From Thermoanaerobaculia bacterium (GTDB taxonomy: Bacteria > Acidobacteriota > Thermoanaerobaculia > Multivoradales > Multivoraceae): 64,000 bases of DNA. Shown piece by piece: positions 10,042 to 20,800 of the stretch; positions within the stretch are counted from its first letter, which is position 1, and each line of letters opens with the position of its first letter. The DNA is taken from the NCBI GenBank assembly GCA_963666565.1, contig OY762911.1, positions 4,672,001 to 4,736,000 on the forward strand, read 5' to 3'. The notes under the pieces were generated by a model. The model saw only the letters and a program-made list of their open reading frames with translations, searched no databases and had not been told where the DNA came from. Both the position numbers and the translations under genes were made by a program.

Positions 10042-10767
10042 TTACGCGCCAAGGCGCGACAGCAGGGCCACAACCGCATGCTCCACCCGCAGCGGCCGCG
10101 GACCGAGGCTTACCGCCCGCGCGCCAGCCGCCGCGAATCGACCGACTTCCTCGTCCAGGAAGCCCCCTTCGGGGCCGACCAGCAGCGCGGTCGGACCCTC
10201 GATGCCGAGCGGGCACGGCTCGGCGCCGGCGGCATCGGCGACCAAGACCTGCACGGGGTCCCGAACCAGGCCGGGCATCGAATCGGCCAGATCCCGCGGC
10301 CCTCTCAGGCACTCGATCTCCGGCAGCGCCGTGTCCCGCGCCTGGGCCAGACCCAGCATCAGGTGACGGCGGAGCGACTCCGGCCGCATCACGGAACTCT
10401 GCCAGTAGCTCTTCTCCACCCGCGCCGTTTGGACCAGCAGGATCCGCTTGACGCCCATTGCCGCCGCGGCCTGCAGGATGCGGCCCGTGAACTTGGGCCG
10501 CGGCAGCGCCAGCACGAGAGTCACCGGCAACGGCGCCGGCGGCCGGCGGTCGAGCGGCCCGAGTTCCAGCACGACCCGCTCCCGGCTCAGTTCGACGATC
10601 CGTCCGCGGCCGATGCCGCCGCCGAGCCGGCCAACTTCCAGCGTGTCGCCGACGGCCGCCCGCAGCACCTTGCGCACATGCCGGAGGCGCTCCCCGGCCA
10701 CGACCGCGCGCAGGTCGTCGCCGGCCGCCGCATCGAGGTCGCCATCCTCCAACAGAAGCAGGTTCAT
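10042..10767 (-). CDS. rsmE: 16S rRNA m3U1498 methyltransferase
   Basis: HVRKVLRAAVGD, LALPRPK, VGPEGGF and SLGPRPLRVEHAV SPOUT motifs. Confidence 0.92.
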   Translation of the reverse strand: MNLLLLEDGDLDAAAGDDLRAVVAGERLRHVRKVLRAAVGDTLEVGRLGGGIGRGRIVELSRERVVLELGPLDRRPPAPLPVTLVLALPRPKFTGRILQAAAAMGVKRILLVQTARVEKSYWQSSVMRPESLRRHLMLGLAQARDTALPEIECLRGPRDLADSMPGLVRDPVQVLVADAAGAEPCPLGIEGPTALLVGPEGGFLDEEVGRFAAAGARAVSLGPRPLRVEHAVVALLSRLGA

Positions 10768-10842
10768 GCTGCTACAGTCACGCGCTCAACCACGCACAGG
10801 ATTGCGCTTCAGAGACCACTCGCAGAGGAGGACGGAACCGGA

Positions 10843-11334
10843 ATGGCAGCAAAGAAGTTCCCGATCGAGGCCGGCCACATCATGATGTTCGCCCGCGCGG
10901 TCGGCGACCCGAACCCCATCTATCACGACGCCGAGGCGGCGGCGGACACGGAACCCGGCAAGACCATCGCGCCGCCCACCTTCTACCAGGCCTCGGCCCA
11001 GTTCGACCCGAACTACTTCCTGCGCCCCAAGATCGGCGAACCGTGGTTCGGCTCCGGCAAGGAGCCGACCGGCGTACCGCCCGAACGGACCGGCGGCGAC
11101 GGCGGCACCGGGCTCCACGCCGAACAGCGTTTCGAGTACTTCCGGCACGTGAGCCCGGGCGAGACCCTGACGCTGAAGACCCGGCCCGGAAAGAGCTGGG
11201 AACGGCAGGGCAAGCGCGGCGGCAAGCTCACGTTCAGCGAGAACATCACCGAGTACTACGACGAATCCGGCGAACTCGTCGTGCGCGCCACCGGCGTCGG
11301 CGTGCGCACCGAGAAGGTCGTCGAGAGCGACTGA
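10843..11334 (+). CDS. MaoC-like dehydratase, N-terminal-type subunit (hotdog fold)
   Basis: IEAGHIMMFARAVGDPNPIY, IAPPTF and GLHAEQRFEY; GAGGAG upstream. Confidence 0.85.
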   Translation: MAAKKFPIEAGHIMMFARAVGDPNPIYHDAEAAADTEPGKTIAPPTFYQASAQFDPNYFLRPKIGEPWFGSGKEPTGVPPERTGGDGGTGLHAEQRFEYFRHVSPGETLTLKTRPGKSWERQGKRGGKLTFSENITEYYDESGELVVRATGVGVRTEKVVESD

Positions 11335-11345
11335 GGGAGAAGAAG

Positions 11346-11768
11346 ATGGCACTTCAGGCAAGCAAGGTCCAGGTCGGCGACACCTACACCCAGAAGCTCA
11401 CCGACGACCTCTCCCGCACCCAGATCGTCCAGTACGCGGGCGCCTCGGGCGATTACAACCCGCTCCACTCCGACGAGATCTTCACCACCAAGGTAGCGAA
11501 GTACCCGACCGTCTTCGCCCACGGCATGCTGACGATGGGCATGACCGGCCGGATGGTGACCGACTTCGTCGGCGACGGCCGGCTGACCGCCTACGGCGTC
11601 CGTTTCACGCGCCAGGTGTGGCCGGGCGACGCGCTCACCGCCACGGCGAAGGTCGACGCGGTGCGCGAGGAGGACGGCCAGGGCCTGGTCGACCTGTCGG
11701 TGACGACGGTGAACCAGGACGGGGACGTCGTCGTGATGGGCAAGGCGACGGCGAAGATCGACCCGTAG
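11346..11768 (+). CDS. MaoC family (R)-hydratase/dehydratase
   Basis: YAGASGDYNPLHSD..FAHGMLTMG hydratase-2 motif. Confidence 0.9.
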   Translation: MALQASKVQVGDTYTQKLTDDLSRTQIVQYAGASGDYNPLHSDEIFTTKVAKYPTVFAHGMLTMGMTGRMVTDFVGDGRLTAYGVRFTRQVWPGDALTATAKVDAVREEDGQGLVDLSVTTVNQDGDVVVMGKATAKIDP

Positions 11769-11791
11769 CCTCTTGGCGAGGCTTCGCCCCC

Positions 11792-11813
11792 GAGTTATAC
11801 CGTGGTATAACTC
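11792..11813 (+). promoter_or_regulatory. palindromic operator overlapping the -10 box of the toxin-antitoxin operon
   Basis: Perfect inverted repeat GAGTTATACC-GT-GGTATAACTC containing TATAAC and ending 6 nt before the antitoxin ATG; typical of TA autoregulation. Confidence 0.7.
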
Positions 11814-11819
11814 AGGGCC

Positions 11820-12077
11820 ATGCACACCACCACCCTGCGAAAGGTCGGCGGCTCGATCATGCTCGCCGTGCCCCCGGTGCTCCTCGACCTGCTGACGCTC
11901 GGCGCCGGCGCCAAGGTGGACATCGGCGTCGAGGGCGACCGTCTGATCGTTGCGCCCAGAACCCGTCCAAGCTACTCGCTCGACGAACTGCTGGCGATGT
12001 GCGACGAAGCCGCGCCGGCGGACGACGAAGATCGTGCGTGGCTTGACGGCCCGGCTGTCGGCAACGAGTTGCTGTAA
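11820..12077 (+). CDS. PemI/MazE-type antitoxin (AbrB fold)
   Basis: LRKVGGSIMLAVP N-terminus, YSLDELLA and a W...VGNELL C-terminus; TAATG overlap with the toxin. Confidence 0.9.
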   Translation: MHTTTLRKVGGSIMLAVPPVLLDLLTLGAGAKVDIGVEGDRLIVAPRTRPSYSLDELLAMCDEAAPADDEDRAWLDGPAVGNELL

Positions 12078-12409
12078 TGCGCCGCGGCGAGATCTGGCTC
12101 GTCAGCCTCGATCCCGCCACCGGCCATGAACAACGGGGAACACGGCCGATTCTGATCGCGTCCCCCGCGCGTTTCAACGAACTGACCCGGACGCCGGTCG
12201 TACTTCCGATCACTACCGGCGGCCGCTTCGCGCGCAGACGCGGTTTCGCGGTCTCGCTTGACGACGCGGGTACCCGAACGGTCGGCGTGATCCGGTGCGA
12301 CCAGCCGCGCACTATGGACCTTGCCGCACGGAACGCCAAACGTCTGGAATCCGTTCCCGAGGAGATCGTGCACGACGTGCTGGCGCGCTTGGCCACGATC
12401 CTGACCTAG
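12077..12409 (+). CDS. pemK: PemK/MazF family endoribonuclease toxin
   Basis: RGEIWLVSLDPATGHEQRGTRPILIAS, VLPITTGG and RCDQPRTMDL. Confidence 0.9.
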   Translation: MRRGEIWLVSLDPATGHEQRGTRPILIASPARFNELTRTPVVLPITTGGRFARRRGFAVSLDDAGTRTVGVIRCDQPRTMDLAARNAKRLESVPEEIVHDVLARLATILT

Positions 12410-12445
12410 GTTGCACGGAACTGCCCGCCGAGCGGCCCGGGCCTT

Positions 12446-12641
12446 CCGCTGGGTTCGCGGTCTTCTGACCCGCCCGCGGGCGGCGCCGCAGAGCGGCGCA
12501 GCCCGAACGAAAGCGCCGCCGGCCAAAAGCCGGCGACCCCACTCCAAGCGAGACGCCAGCCCGAGAGGTGCCGGCCTCCGGCCGGCGCGTCTCTTCGGCC
12601 GCCTCCGGCGACAGCGGGTCGGAAGACCCGCGCACCCAGCG
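12446..12641. repeat. inverted pair of REP-like palindromes
   Basis: Degenerate copy at about 12446-12472 and reverse copy GCGGGTCGGAAGACCCGCGCACCCAGCGG at about 12614-12642. Confidence 0.8.
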
Positions 12642-12699
12642 GGCGACCCCGTTCCCTGCGCGACAGCGCAGCGGAGACCCCCTGTACCTGCTTCGTGGC

Positions 12700-13794
12700 T
12701 CAGGGATTGACGCCGTCCACGGCGATTTGGCGCAACGCATGGTCGCAAAGCACCAGCGCGATCATCGCCTCGCCCATCGGCACGAAGCGCGGCAGCAGGC
12801 AGGGGTCGTGCCGGCCCTTGGTGGCGATCGTCGTCGGCTCGCCGGCCCGCGTCACCGTGTCCTGGGGCTGCGGCAGGCTGCTGGTCGGCTTGACCGCGCA
12901 GCGCAGGACGATCGGCTGACCCGACGAGATGCCGCCCAGCATGCCGCCATGCCGGTTGCTCCGGGTGGCGACGCGACCGCTCCGCATCTCGAACGGATCG
13001 TTGTTCTCGCTGCCGCGCGCACGCGCGACGCCGAAGCCGGCGCCGTACTCGACGCCCAGCACCGCCGGCAGGCTGAAGAGCGCCTTGCCGAGGTCCGCCT
13101 TCAGCTTGTCGAACACCGGCTCGCCCCAGCCAGGCGGCACGCCCGTGGCCACGAGTTCCGAGACGCCGCCAACGGAATCGCGCTCCGAGCGCATCCGCTC
13201 GATCAGTTCCGCCATGCGCGCCGCGGCCTCCTGGTCCGGGCAGCGCACCGGGTTCGACTCGACCTGGTCGAGGGTGACCGCGGCCGGATCGTCGATCCGG
13301 CCGTCGATGTCGCCGATGCTCTTCACGTAGCCGACGATCCCGACCCCCCAGCGCTCCCGGAGCAGCTTCTTCGCCACCGCCGCCGCGGCCACACGCACCG
13401 AGGTCTCGCGCGCACTCGAGCGGCCGCCGCCCCGGTAATCGCGGAAGCCGTACTTCGCGTCGAAGGTGTAGTCGGCGTGGCCGGGCCGATACTTGTCCCT
13501 GATCTCGCTGTAGTCGCGCGGCCGCTGGTCCCGGTTCTCGATCAGGAAGCCGATCGGGGTCCCCGTCGTCGTGCCCTCGAAGATGCCGGACAGGATGCGG
13601 CAGCGGTCCGGTTCGTTCCGCTGCGTCGTCAGTCTCGACTGTCCCGGCCGGCGCCGGTCGAGGTCCGGCTGCAGGTCGGCCTCGGACAGCTCGAGCCCCG
13701 GCGGCACCCCGTCCAGGATGCCGACGTAGCCCGGCCCGTGGCTCTCGCCCGCGGTGGTCAGCCGCAGCGCGGTTCCGAACGTGTTCCCGGCCAT
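12700..13794 (-). CDS. aroC: chorismate synthase
   Basis: [35 protein letters not shown] and GRHDPC motifs. Confidence 0.98.
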   Translation of the reverse strand: MAGNTFGTALRLTTAGESHGPGYVGILDGVPPGLELSEADLQPDLDRRRPGQSRLTTQRNEPDRCRILSGIFEGTTTGTPIGFLIENRDQRPRDYSEIRDKYRPGHADYTFDAKYGFRDYRGGGRSSARETSVRVAAAAVAKKLLRERWGVGIVGYVKSIGDIDGRIDDPAAVTLDQVESNPVRCPDQEAAARMAELIERMRSERDSVGGVSELVATGVPPGWGEPVFDKLKADLGKALFSLPAVLGVEYGAGFGVARARGSENNDPFEMRSGRVATRSNRHGGMLGGISSGQPIVLRCAVKPTSSLPQPQDTVTRAGEPTTIATKGRHDPCLLPRFVPMGEAMIALVLCDHALRQIAVDGVNP

Positions 13795-13850
13795 GACACG
13801 GGCACTCTGCCATATGCCCGCAAACCGCGAACGGGCGTAGACTCCGGTCG

Positions 13851-14756
13851 ATGCAGATTTCGACTTCGGCCGCTTCGTTCGACTCGCCGCCCATCGACGC
13901 GGTCGGCGTCGAGGAGCGGGTGGCCCGGCTCTGCTCGCGCTCGATCAAGAAGGCCGCGAAGCTCCAGGCGCTTCATCTCACGCTGTCGATGATCGACCTG
14001 ACGACGCTGGAGGGCGCCGACTCCGAGGGCAAGGTGCGGCAGCTCTGCGCCAAGGCGCTACAGCTTCACGCGGCGTTGCCCGATCTGCCGCATGTGGCCG
14101 CCGTCTGCGTCTATCCGGCTCTGGTCGGGGTCGCCCGGCGGGCGCTTGCCGGCAGCGGCATCAACGTCGCTTCCGTCGCGACCAGCTTCCCCGCCGGCCA
14201 GGCGCCGCTGGAGATCAAGCTGCTGGAAGTGCGAAAGGCGGTCGAAGCAGGCGCCGACGAGGTCGACATGGTTATCTCGCGCGGCCGGTTCCTGGCCGGC
14301 GACTTCGCCTACACGGCGGACGAGATCGCCTCGGTCAAGGAGGCCTGTGGCGACGCCCACCTCAAGGTGATCCTCGAGACCGGCGAGCTCGGCACCCTCG
14401 ACGCTGTGCGCCGCGCCTCGGACTTGGCCATGCGCTCCGGCGCCGATTTCATCAAGACCTCGACGGGCAAGATCAAGCCGGCCGCAACGATGCCTGTGGT
14501 GCTCGTCATGCTGGAGGCGATCCGCGACCACTACCGCCGCACCGGCGAGAAGATCGGCATGAAGCCGGCGGGCGGCATCTCGACCGCAAAGGACGCGATC
14601 CGGCACCTGGTCATGGTGCGCGAAACGCTCGGTCAGGACTGGCTCGACCCGGACCTGTACCGTTTCGGGGCGAGTTCGCTCGCGAACGATGTCCTGCGCC
14701 AGATCGTCAAGCAGCGAAGCGGCGTTTACCAGTCGTTCGACGACTTCTCGATGTGA
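13851..14756 (+). CDS. deoC: deoxyribose-phosphate aldolase
   Basis: [49 protein letters not shown] and RFGASSL. Confidence 0.95.
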   Translation: MQISTSAASFDSPPIDAVGVEERVARLCSRSIKKAAKLQALHLTLSMIDLTTLEGADSEGKVRQLCAKALQLHAALPDLPHVAAVCVYPALVGVARRALAGSGINVASVATSFPAGQAPLEIKLLEVRKAVEAGADEVDMVISRGRFLAGDFAYTADEIASVKEACGDAHLKVILETGELGTLDAVRRASDLAMRSGADFIKTSTGKIKPAATMPVVLVMLEAIRDHYRRTGEKIGMKPAGGISTAKDAIRHLVMVRETLGQDWLDPDLYRFGASSLANDVLRQIVKQRSGVYQSFDDFSM

Positions 14757-14775
14757 GCATGTGGCGGCCAGAACC

Positions 14776-16293
14776 ATGACGGACTCCACCCCATCGACCG
14801 CACTCACGGCGCCGAAGCTCCGTCTCGGCCTCCGCGGCGACGGCGACGACGGCTGGGGCTACGCACCGGCGCCCGAGTCGACCGACCACGTCGAACTCCG
14901 CGACCGCTACGGCCTGTTCATCGACGGCGAGTTCGTGGACGCCGACGACGGCCGGACCTTCGAGACGGCGAACCCGGCCACGGAGGAGAAGATCGCCGAC
15001 GTCGCCCTGGCCGGCGACGCCGACGTCGACCGCGCCGTGGCGGCCGCCCGCCGCGCCTACGAGGAGGTCTGGTCGAAGCTGGCGCCCAGGGAGCGCGGCA
15101 AGTACGTCTACCGGATCGCTCGCGTGCTCCAGGAACGAAGCCGTGAACTCGCGATCACCGAGTCGCTCGACGGCGGCAAGCCCATCCGCGAGTCGCGGGA
15201 CGTCGACATCCCGCTGGCGGCCGCGCACTTCTTCTACTACGCCGGCTGGGCAGACAAGCTGGACTACGCCTTTCCCGGCCGCGGCGCCCGGTCGCTCGGC
15301 GTCGCCGGCCAGGTCATCCCGTGGAACTTCCCGCTGCTGATGGCGGCCTGGAAGATCGCGCCGGCCATCGCGGCCGGCAACACGGTGGTGCTCAAGCCGG
15401 CCGAGACGACGCCGCTCACCGCGCTCAAGCTGGCCGAGATCGTCCGCGAGGCCGGCGTGCCGCCGGGAGTCGTCAACATCGTCGCCGGCGCCGGCGAAAC
15501 GGGCGCCTCCGTCGTCCAGCACGACGGCGTCGACAAGGTCGCCTTCACCGGCTCCACCGAGGTCGGCAAGCTGATCCGGCGCGCGCTCGCCGGTAGCGGC
15601 AAGCACTACACGCTCGAGCTCGGAGGCAAGGCGGCCAACCTGGTGTTCGAGGACGCCGCCGTCGACCAGGCGGTCGAGGGGATCGTCAACGGCATCTTCT
15701 TCAACCAGGGCCACGTCTGCTGCGCCGGCTCGCGCCTGCTGGTGCAGGAATCCGTCGCCGACGAGGTGATCTCGAAGCTCCAGGACCGGATGGAGACCCT
15801 GATCGTCGGCGATCCGCTCGACAAGAACACGGACATCGGCGCGATCAACTCCCGCGCCCAGCTCGACAAAATCGAGGAGTACCTCACGATCGGCGAGGAG
15901 GAGGGGGCCGTGCCGTTCCAGACCTCGTGCCCGGTGCCCGAGCGCGGTTACTGGTGCCGGCCCACCCTGTTCCTGGGCGCCGCCCAGTCGCATCGCGTGG
16001 TCCAGGAGGAGATCTTCGGCCCGGTGCTCGCGGTGCAGACGTTCCGCACGGTGGACGAGGGCATCGCGATGGCGAACAACACGCCCTACGGCCTCTCGGG
16101 CGGCGTCTGGAGCGACAAGGGCGCGAAGGCGTTCCGGGTCACCAGCCGGATCCGCGCCGGCGTGCTGTGGGCGAACACCTACAACAAGTTCGACCCGACC
16201 GCGCCGTTCGGCGGCTACAAGGAGAGCGGCATCGGCCGCGAGGGCGGGCTCGCCGGGCTCCACGCCTACCTGCAGCCGGAGGCAGCGGCATGA
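14776..16293 (+). CDS. aldehyde dehydrogenase (deoC-associated)
   Basis: IPWNFPLLM, LKPAETTP, FTGSTEVG, LELGGK, catalytic GHVCCAGS, EEIFGPV and PFGGYKESG. Confidence 0.95.
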   Translation: MTDSTPSTALTAPKLRLGLRGDGDDGWGYAPAPESTDHVELRDRYGLFIDGEFVDADDGRTFETANPATEEKIADVALAGDADVDRAVAAARRAYEEVWSKLAPRERGKYVYRIARVLQERSRELAITESLDGGKPIRESRDVDIPLAAAHFFYYAGWADKLDYAFPGRGARSLGVAGQVIPWNFPLLMAAWKIAPAIAAGNTVVLKPAETTPLTALKLAEIVREAGVPPGVVNIVAGAGETGASVVQHDGVDKVAFTGSTEVGKLIRRALAGSGKHYTLELGGKAANLVFEDAAVDQAVEGIVNGIFFNQGHVCCAGSRLLVQESVADEVISKLQDRMETLIVGDPLDKNTDIGAINSRAQLDKIEEYLTIGEEEGAVPFQTSCPVPERGYWCRPTLFLGAAQSHRVVQEEIFGPVLAVQTFRTVDEGIAMANNTPYGLSGGVWSDKGAKAFRVTSRIRAGVLWANTYNKFDPTAPFGGYKESGIGREGGLAGLHAYLQPEAAA

Positions 16294-17168
16294 GCGAGCG
16301 ACGATCTGCGGCCGCCACCGACCGCCTGCCGGTGCTCAAGACCCACAAGGTCTACGTCGGCGGCAAGTTCCCGCGCTCCGAGTCCGGCCGCTTCGACCGC
16401 GCGCTGGCCCCGGACGGCACGCCGATCGCGAACATCTGCCGCTGCTCGCGCAAGGACGTGCGGGACGCCGTCACCGCGGCCCGCGCCGCGCAGGCCGGAT
16501 GGGCCGCCCGCACCGCCTACAACCGCGGCCAGATCCTCTACCGGATCGCCGAGATGCTGGAGGGCCGGAGCGGCCAGTTCGAGGCCCTGCTCGCTGCCGG
16601 CGGCACGACCCCGGATGAGGCCGCCGCCGAGGTCCAGGCCGCCGTCGACCGGCTCCTCCACTACGCCGGCTGGACCGACAAGTTCCAGCAGGTCTTCTCC
16701 GCCGTCAACCCGGTCGCCACGTCGCACTTCAACTTCTCGATCCTGGAGCCGATGGGCGTCGTCGGCGTGCTCGCCCCCGAGTCGCCGCTGCTCGGCCTCG
16801 TTTCCTCGATCGCCCCCGCGATCGCCGGCGGCAACACGACCGTGGTTCTGGTCTCCGGGAGCCAACCGCTTCCAGCCACCACGTTCGGCGAGGTCCTGAA
16901 CTCCTCCGACGTCCCCGGCGGCGTCGTCAACATCCTCACCGGTCGCCGGGACGAGATGCTCGCGCCGCTCGCCGCGCACCGCGACGTCGACGCCCTGGTC
17001 CTCTGCTCGCCCGACCCGAACGTCGCCAGGTCCGCCGAGGTCGAAGCGGTCCACAACCTCAAACGCGTCGCGGTCCGGCCCCACGAGGACTGGACCGACG
17101 TCCAGAGTCCCTACGAGATCACCGACCTGCAGGAAGTGAAGACGACATGGCATCCGATCGGGAGTTGA
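16290..17168 (+). CDS. short aldehyde dehydrogenase-like partner subunit
   Basis: KVYVGGKFPRSESGR, YNRGQILYRIAEMLEGR and EVKTTWHPIG; no catalytic Cys region; ATGA overlap with the upstream ALDH. Confidence 0.85.
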   Translation: MSERRSAAATDRLPVLKTHKVYVGGKFPRSESGRFDRALAPDGTPIANICRCSRKDVRDAVTAARAAQAGWAARTAYNRGQILYRIAEMLEGRSGQFEALLAAGGTTPDEAAAEVQAAVDRLLHYAGWTDKFQQVFSAVNPVATSHFNFSILEPMGVVGVLAPESPLLGLVSSIAPAIAGGNTTVVLVSGSQPLPATTFGEVLNSSDVPGGVVNILTGRRDEMLAPLAAHRDVDALVLCSPDPNVARSAEVEAVHNLKRVAVRPHEDWTDVQSPYEITDLQEVKTTWHPIGS

Positions 17169-17629
17169 CACGCGACACGGTCGAGGGAGCGTCCGGGCAG
17201 CCCCCCACACCACCCGAGACCGGCGAGATGGAGCTCCCGCTCCACGCGCGCAACCGCGCCGCCGAGATCGTCCGGTCGCCGGACAAGCTCCGGGCGATGG
17301 TCGCTGAAGCCAGGGAGAAGGCCGACTCCGCCGGCGGCGCCACGAGTCCGCTCAGCGGTGTGATCGAAGACCTGAAGACGATGTTTGACCTGCTCCGCGC
17401 GGTCGCACGCGGCAACTACCGGCTCCGAAAGGAGACCCTGATCCTCATCGCCGGCGCCGTCCTCTACTTCGTCATCCCCATTGACGTCATCCCCGACTTC
17501 ATCCCGGTCGCCGGCTTCATCGACGACGCCGCGGTCATCGCCTGGGTGGTCAAGACCTGCAAGACCGAGATCGATCTGTTTCGGGCAATCACCGCAGGCA
17601 CCGACACGCCCGAACCGCACGTTGCCTAG
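17165..17629 (+). CDS. DUF1232/YkvA family membrane protein
   Basis: AVLYFVIPIDVIPDFIPVAGFIDDAAVI signature; start uncertain (TTG 17165 overlapping the upstream stop, or ATG 17228). Confidence 0.85.
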   Translation: MTRDTVEGASGQPPTPPETGEMELPLHARNRAAEIVRSPDKLRAMVAEAREKADSAGGATSPLSGVIEDLKTMFDLLRAVARGNYRLRKETLILIAGAVLYFVIPIDVIPDFIPVAGFIDDAAVIAWVVKTCKTEIDLFRAITAGTDTPEPHVA

Positions 17630-17833
17630 TCCGGCGTCCAAGCCCACAGGACGTCATCGGGATCGCCTCCTCTCACCGTCGGCTCAGCAGGCCCAGGAGG
17701 TACGCGAAGCCGGCCTCCCCGAAGCGAGTTCGTCGCCGAACGCTCGCGTATCGCGACCTACTTCGTCGCATGGAACCGCTACGGTCCTTGGCTGAGTTGG
17801 GTCGATGCTGACGAGCGAGGACGAGGCCACGCC

Positions 17834-20800
17834 ATGAGATCACCAGGACGACAGGAAGGCGACCGGCTCATCGAGGCGCAGGCCCAGCGGCAGGTGCAGA
17901 CATTCTTCGACGAACTGAAGAACGGCACCCGGAACTACCGGACGGTCGCCAGCCTGAGCGGGCAAATCACCCAAGAGTACCGGGGACGCTGCGTGCTGGA
18001 GCTCCTGCAGAACGCACACGACGCGCTCGCCGGCGCCGGACCGGACGATCCACGCCTCATCTCGTTCGTGCTCGTTGCCGAACCCGAACCCGAACTCCTG
18101 GTTGCGAACAGCGGCCGGCCCTTCCGCCGGAAGGACTTCGAGGGGATCTGTCAACTCGGCCAAAGTCCGAAGGACCCGAACGAGAGCGTGGGAAACAAGG
18201 GGCTCGGCTTCCAGAGCGTTCTCGAAGTGTCTACGCGGCCCGAAGTCTGGTCGACTGCCGCCGCAGAAGACTCCCTGGAGTTCGCGTTCGGTTTCGACCC
18301 TGCCGGAATGCGGCGTCTCGTCGAGCAGGCGGCCGCCGAGATCGAGCGTGGGTCATCGACTCCGCAAGCCAGCACCGGCCGCCGAATCATCAACTGGTCG
18401 CAAGAACAGTTGCTCGACTACCAGAGACATGACCGGTCCGGCGGAGCGGTCGACGCTACTCGCGAAGCCCGGAGGTACCTGTCCCCATACTCGATCCCGC
18501 TGCCGATCGCGGAGACGCCTCCAGAGGTCGCCGAGCTTCTAGGCGCGGGTCACGTGACGGTCATCCGACTGCGGATCGACGGTGGCAGAACCCGCGCGGT
18601 GGACGAGGCCATCGAGGACCCCGACCAGCCTGCAGGCGCAACTGCTGATCAGCGACTCGCAGTGAACGAGGCGATTGATGCGATCAAGGACCAGCTCGAC
18701 GAACTGGACGCCCGCTCGACCGTCTTCCTGCAGGACCTCGAGAAACTGACCATCGACATCGACGGAGAGCGCCGTGTTCTCGAGCGAATCGTCGATTCGA
18801 CCGCAGAGGTGCCGGCCTCGCGACCTGCGCGCGAGCAAGTGCTGCTGGTTGGGGGGCCAGCCCAAACCGCCCTGGCCGACACCACCCGGGAGTTCCGCGT
18901 ATGGACGCGCGGCCTGGGAGGCGATGGCGACCTCGCGGAAGCGCGACGAATCCGGGATGCCGTCAAGCACCTGCCGAACCGTTGGCCGGAGGTTCGGCAG
19001 GTCGAGGTCGGCGTAGCGGTCGAGGACACGGAATCGCCGGAACCGGGCGCGTTCGTCATCTTCCTGCCCACGGAAGTCGGAACCGGCGCCGGAGCGCTCG
19101 TCAACGCCCCGTTCTACGGTTCGCTCGACCGCCGCCAGATCAACTTCGAGGACGAGTACAACTCGCTGCTACTCGAGTACGTCATGGACTTGGCGCTCGA
19201 CGTGGCCACCGAACTCGCGGCGGGACCGACCGAAGTGTGGCGCGCACGGGCGGTCATCGACCTGCTTGCTTCCGCGGGCCCGACGCCCGCGGACGGTCGA
19301 CCGGCCCCCATGGACCGAGTCCGTCAGCGGGCGGACGACACACAACGGGATCTCGACAAGGCGGCCCTGCTCCTCTGCGACGCCGGTTGGCGAAGGGCCG
19401 AAACCGCGAGGTTCATGCCCGACGTTCCCGGCGATGGCCCCCTAGGCGCGGACCCATGGCGCGAAAGCGCCGCCTTCGACGTCGTCTCTTCCGGGCTCGA
19501 CGGTCGCCGCAAGGACGTCGAAGCGCTTCTCGACTGTTTCGGCGGATCGTCGAAGCCGGCGCCAGCCGAGTGGGTGAACACGGTCGAGCGTCTCGCGGAT
19601 CGGATTCACCGCGGCGGGATCGACGTTCCCTGGGACGCGTTTCTGACCAGTTTGGGAACGGTCCTGCCGCAAGAGATCCGCTCCGAACCCAGGACCGGCA
19701 CCGCCGACCCGCTCTCCAATGCAGAGTTCCTACCCACCCAGGACGGCCGTGTGCTCTCCGCCTCCGGCGGCGTCCAGATCTTCTTTCGGCCCCGTAGAGG
19801 ATTCGACGACGCAGCGGAGTTCGTCGATCGAGTTCCCGACGCGCTCGCGGATCGCATCGCGTTCCTTCACGATGGCGTGAGGACCCATGAAGGGCCGCAA
19901 CGGCGGAACACCGAAGTCCAGGGGTTCCTAAGCGGACGGAACGGACGCTTCGTCCAGAGCTTCCGGCGAGAAGACCTCCTCCGGGAGGTGATCCTCCCGG
20001 CACTCCCCGAGTTGCCCGCGGAACATGGGACACCGGAGGCCGACCGCTGCTCCGAGATCCTCGGATGGACGCTCCTGCTGCTCGGCGGCGAAGAGCTGGA
20101 AGCGGTCGACGACCTCCTGAGACGTCTGCCTGTTGCCTGCCACGGCGGTTGGCTGGCGGCGGGCAAGGCAGCCTTCGGTCCGGGTTGGCCAAGCCGGCAT
20201 GGCGAGTGCCTCCAGACACTGGCAGACGGCTTGCCCGAAGGTGGACGCCGCGTGCTCGACCTCGCGCTCCTGCCGCCGCGGGACCCGCGGTGGAGACTCG
20301 ACTCGGCGGCTCCGAACGAACTGCTCGAGAGAGCCGGGGTCATCGACGGACTCCCCCTGGAAACCGCGGAACCACTTCTCTTCGCGATGTCCGCGAAGTA
20401 CCGGGAGTTGCCGCGGAACGCGCCTCGGGGCATTCCCCAGGACGCGTGGGACGACTGGCTCGACGCCGTGGATGCGGAACTGAAGCCGGAGATCAAGAGT
20501 CGGACCGCCTACCGGCTCGCCGATGTCCATCTGGCGTCCGAGATCCACTCCCTGCCGAATCTCGACGCGCCGGCGGGAGAAGCCCTTTCCGACCTGATCC
20601 TCTCGTCCCTAGGGAAGTGGGACGGTGCGTGGGAATCGGCCATGGTCACGAGACCGCGCTATCCGAACTTCCCCACCGGCATCACCTCTCCTCTCAAGCA
20701 CTGGCTGACAACTCTCCCGTGGCTCCATGACAACCAGATCAAGCCGCGCCCGCTGTGCCGGCGATGGTTCGTGCCGGAGTCGCTCCTCCGGGGTCAAGGG

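Noticed and set aside
11820-12409. Functional link between the MazF-type toxin and leaderless mRNAs
   Set aside because: Nothing in the sequence supports it, and the underlying E. coli model is contested; treated as an ordinary TA module.
13851-17168. deoC with full and truncated aldehyde dehydrogenases as a novel system
   Set aside because: This three-gene arrangement is a familiar conserved cluster; only the minicistron bridge was kept as a finding.
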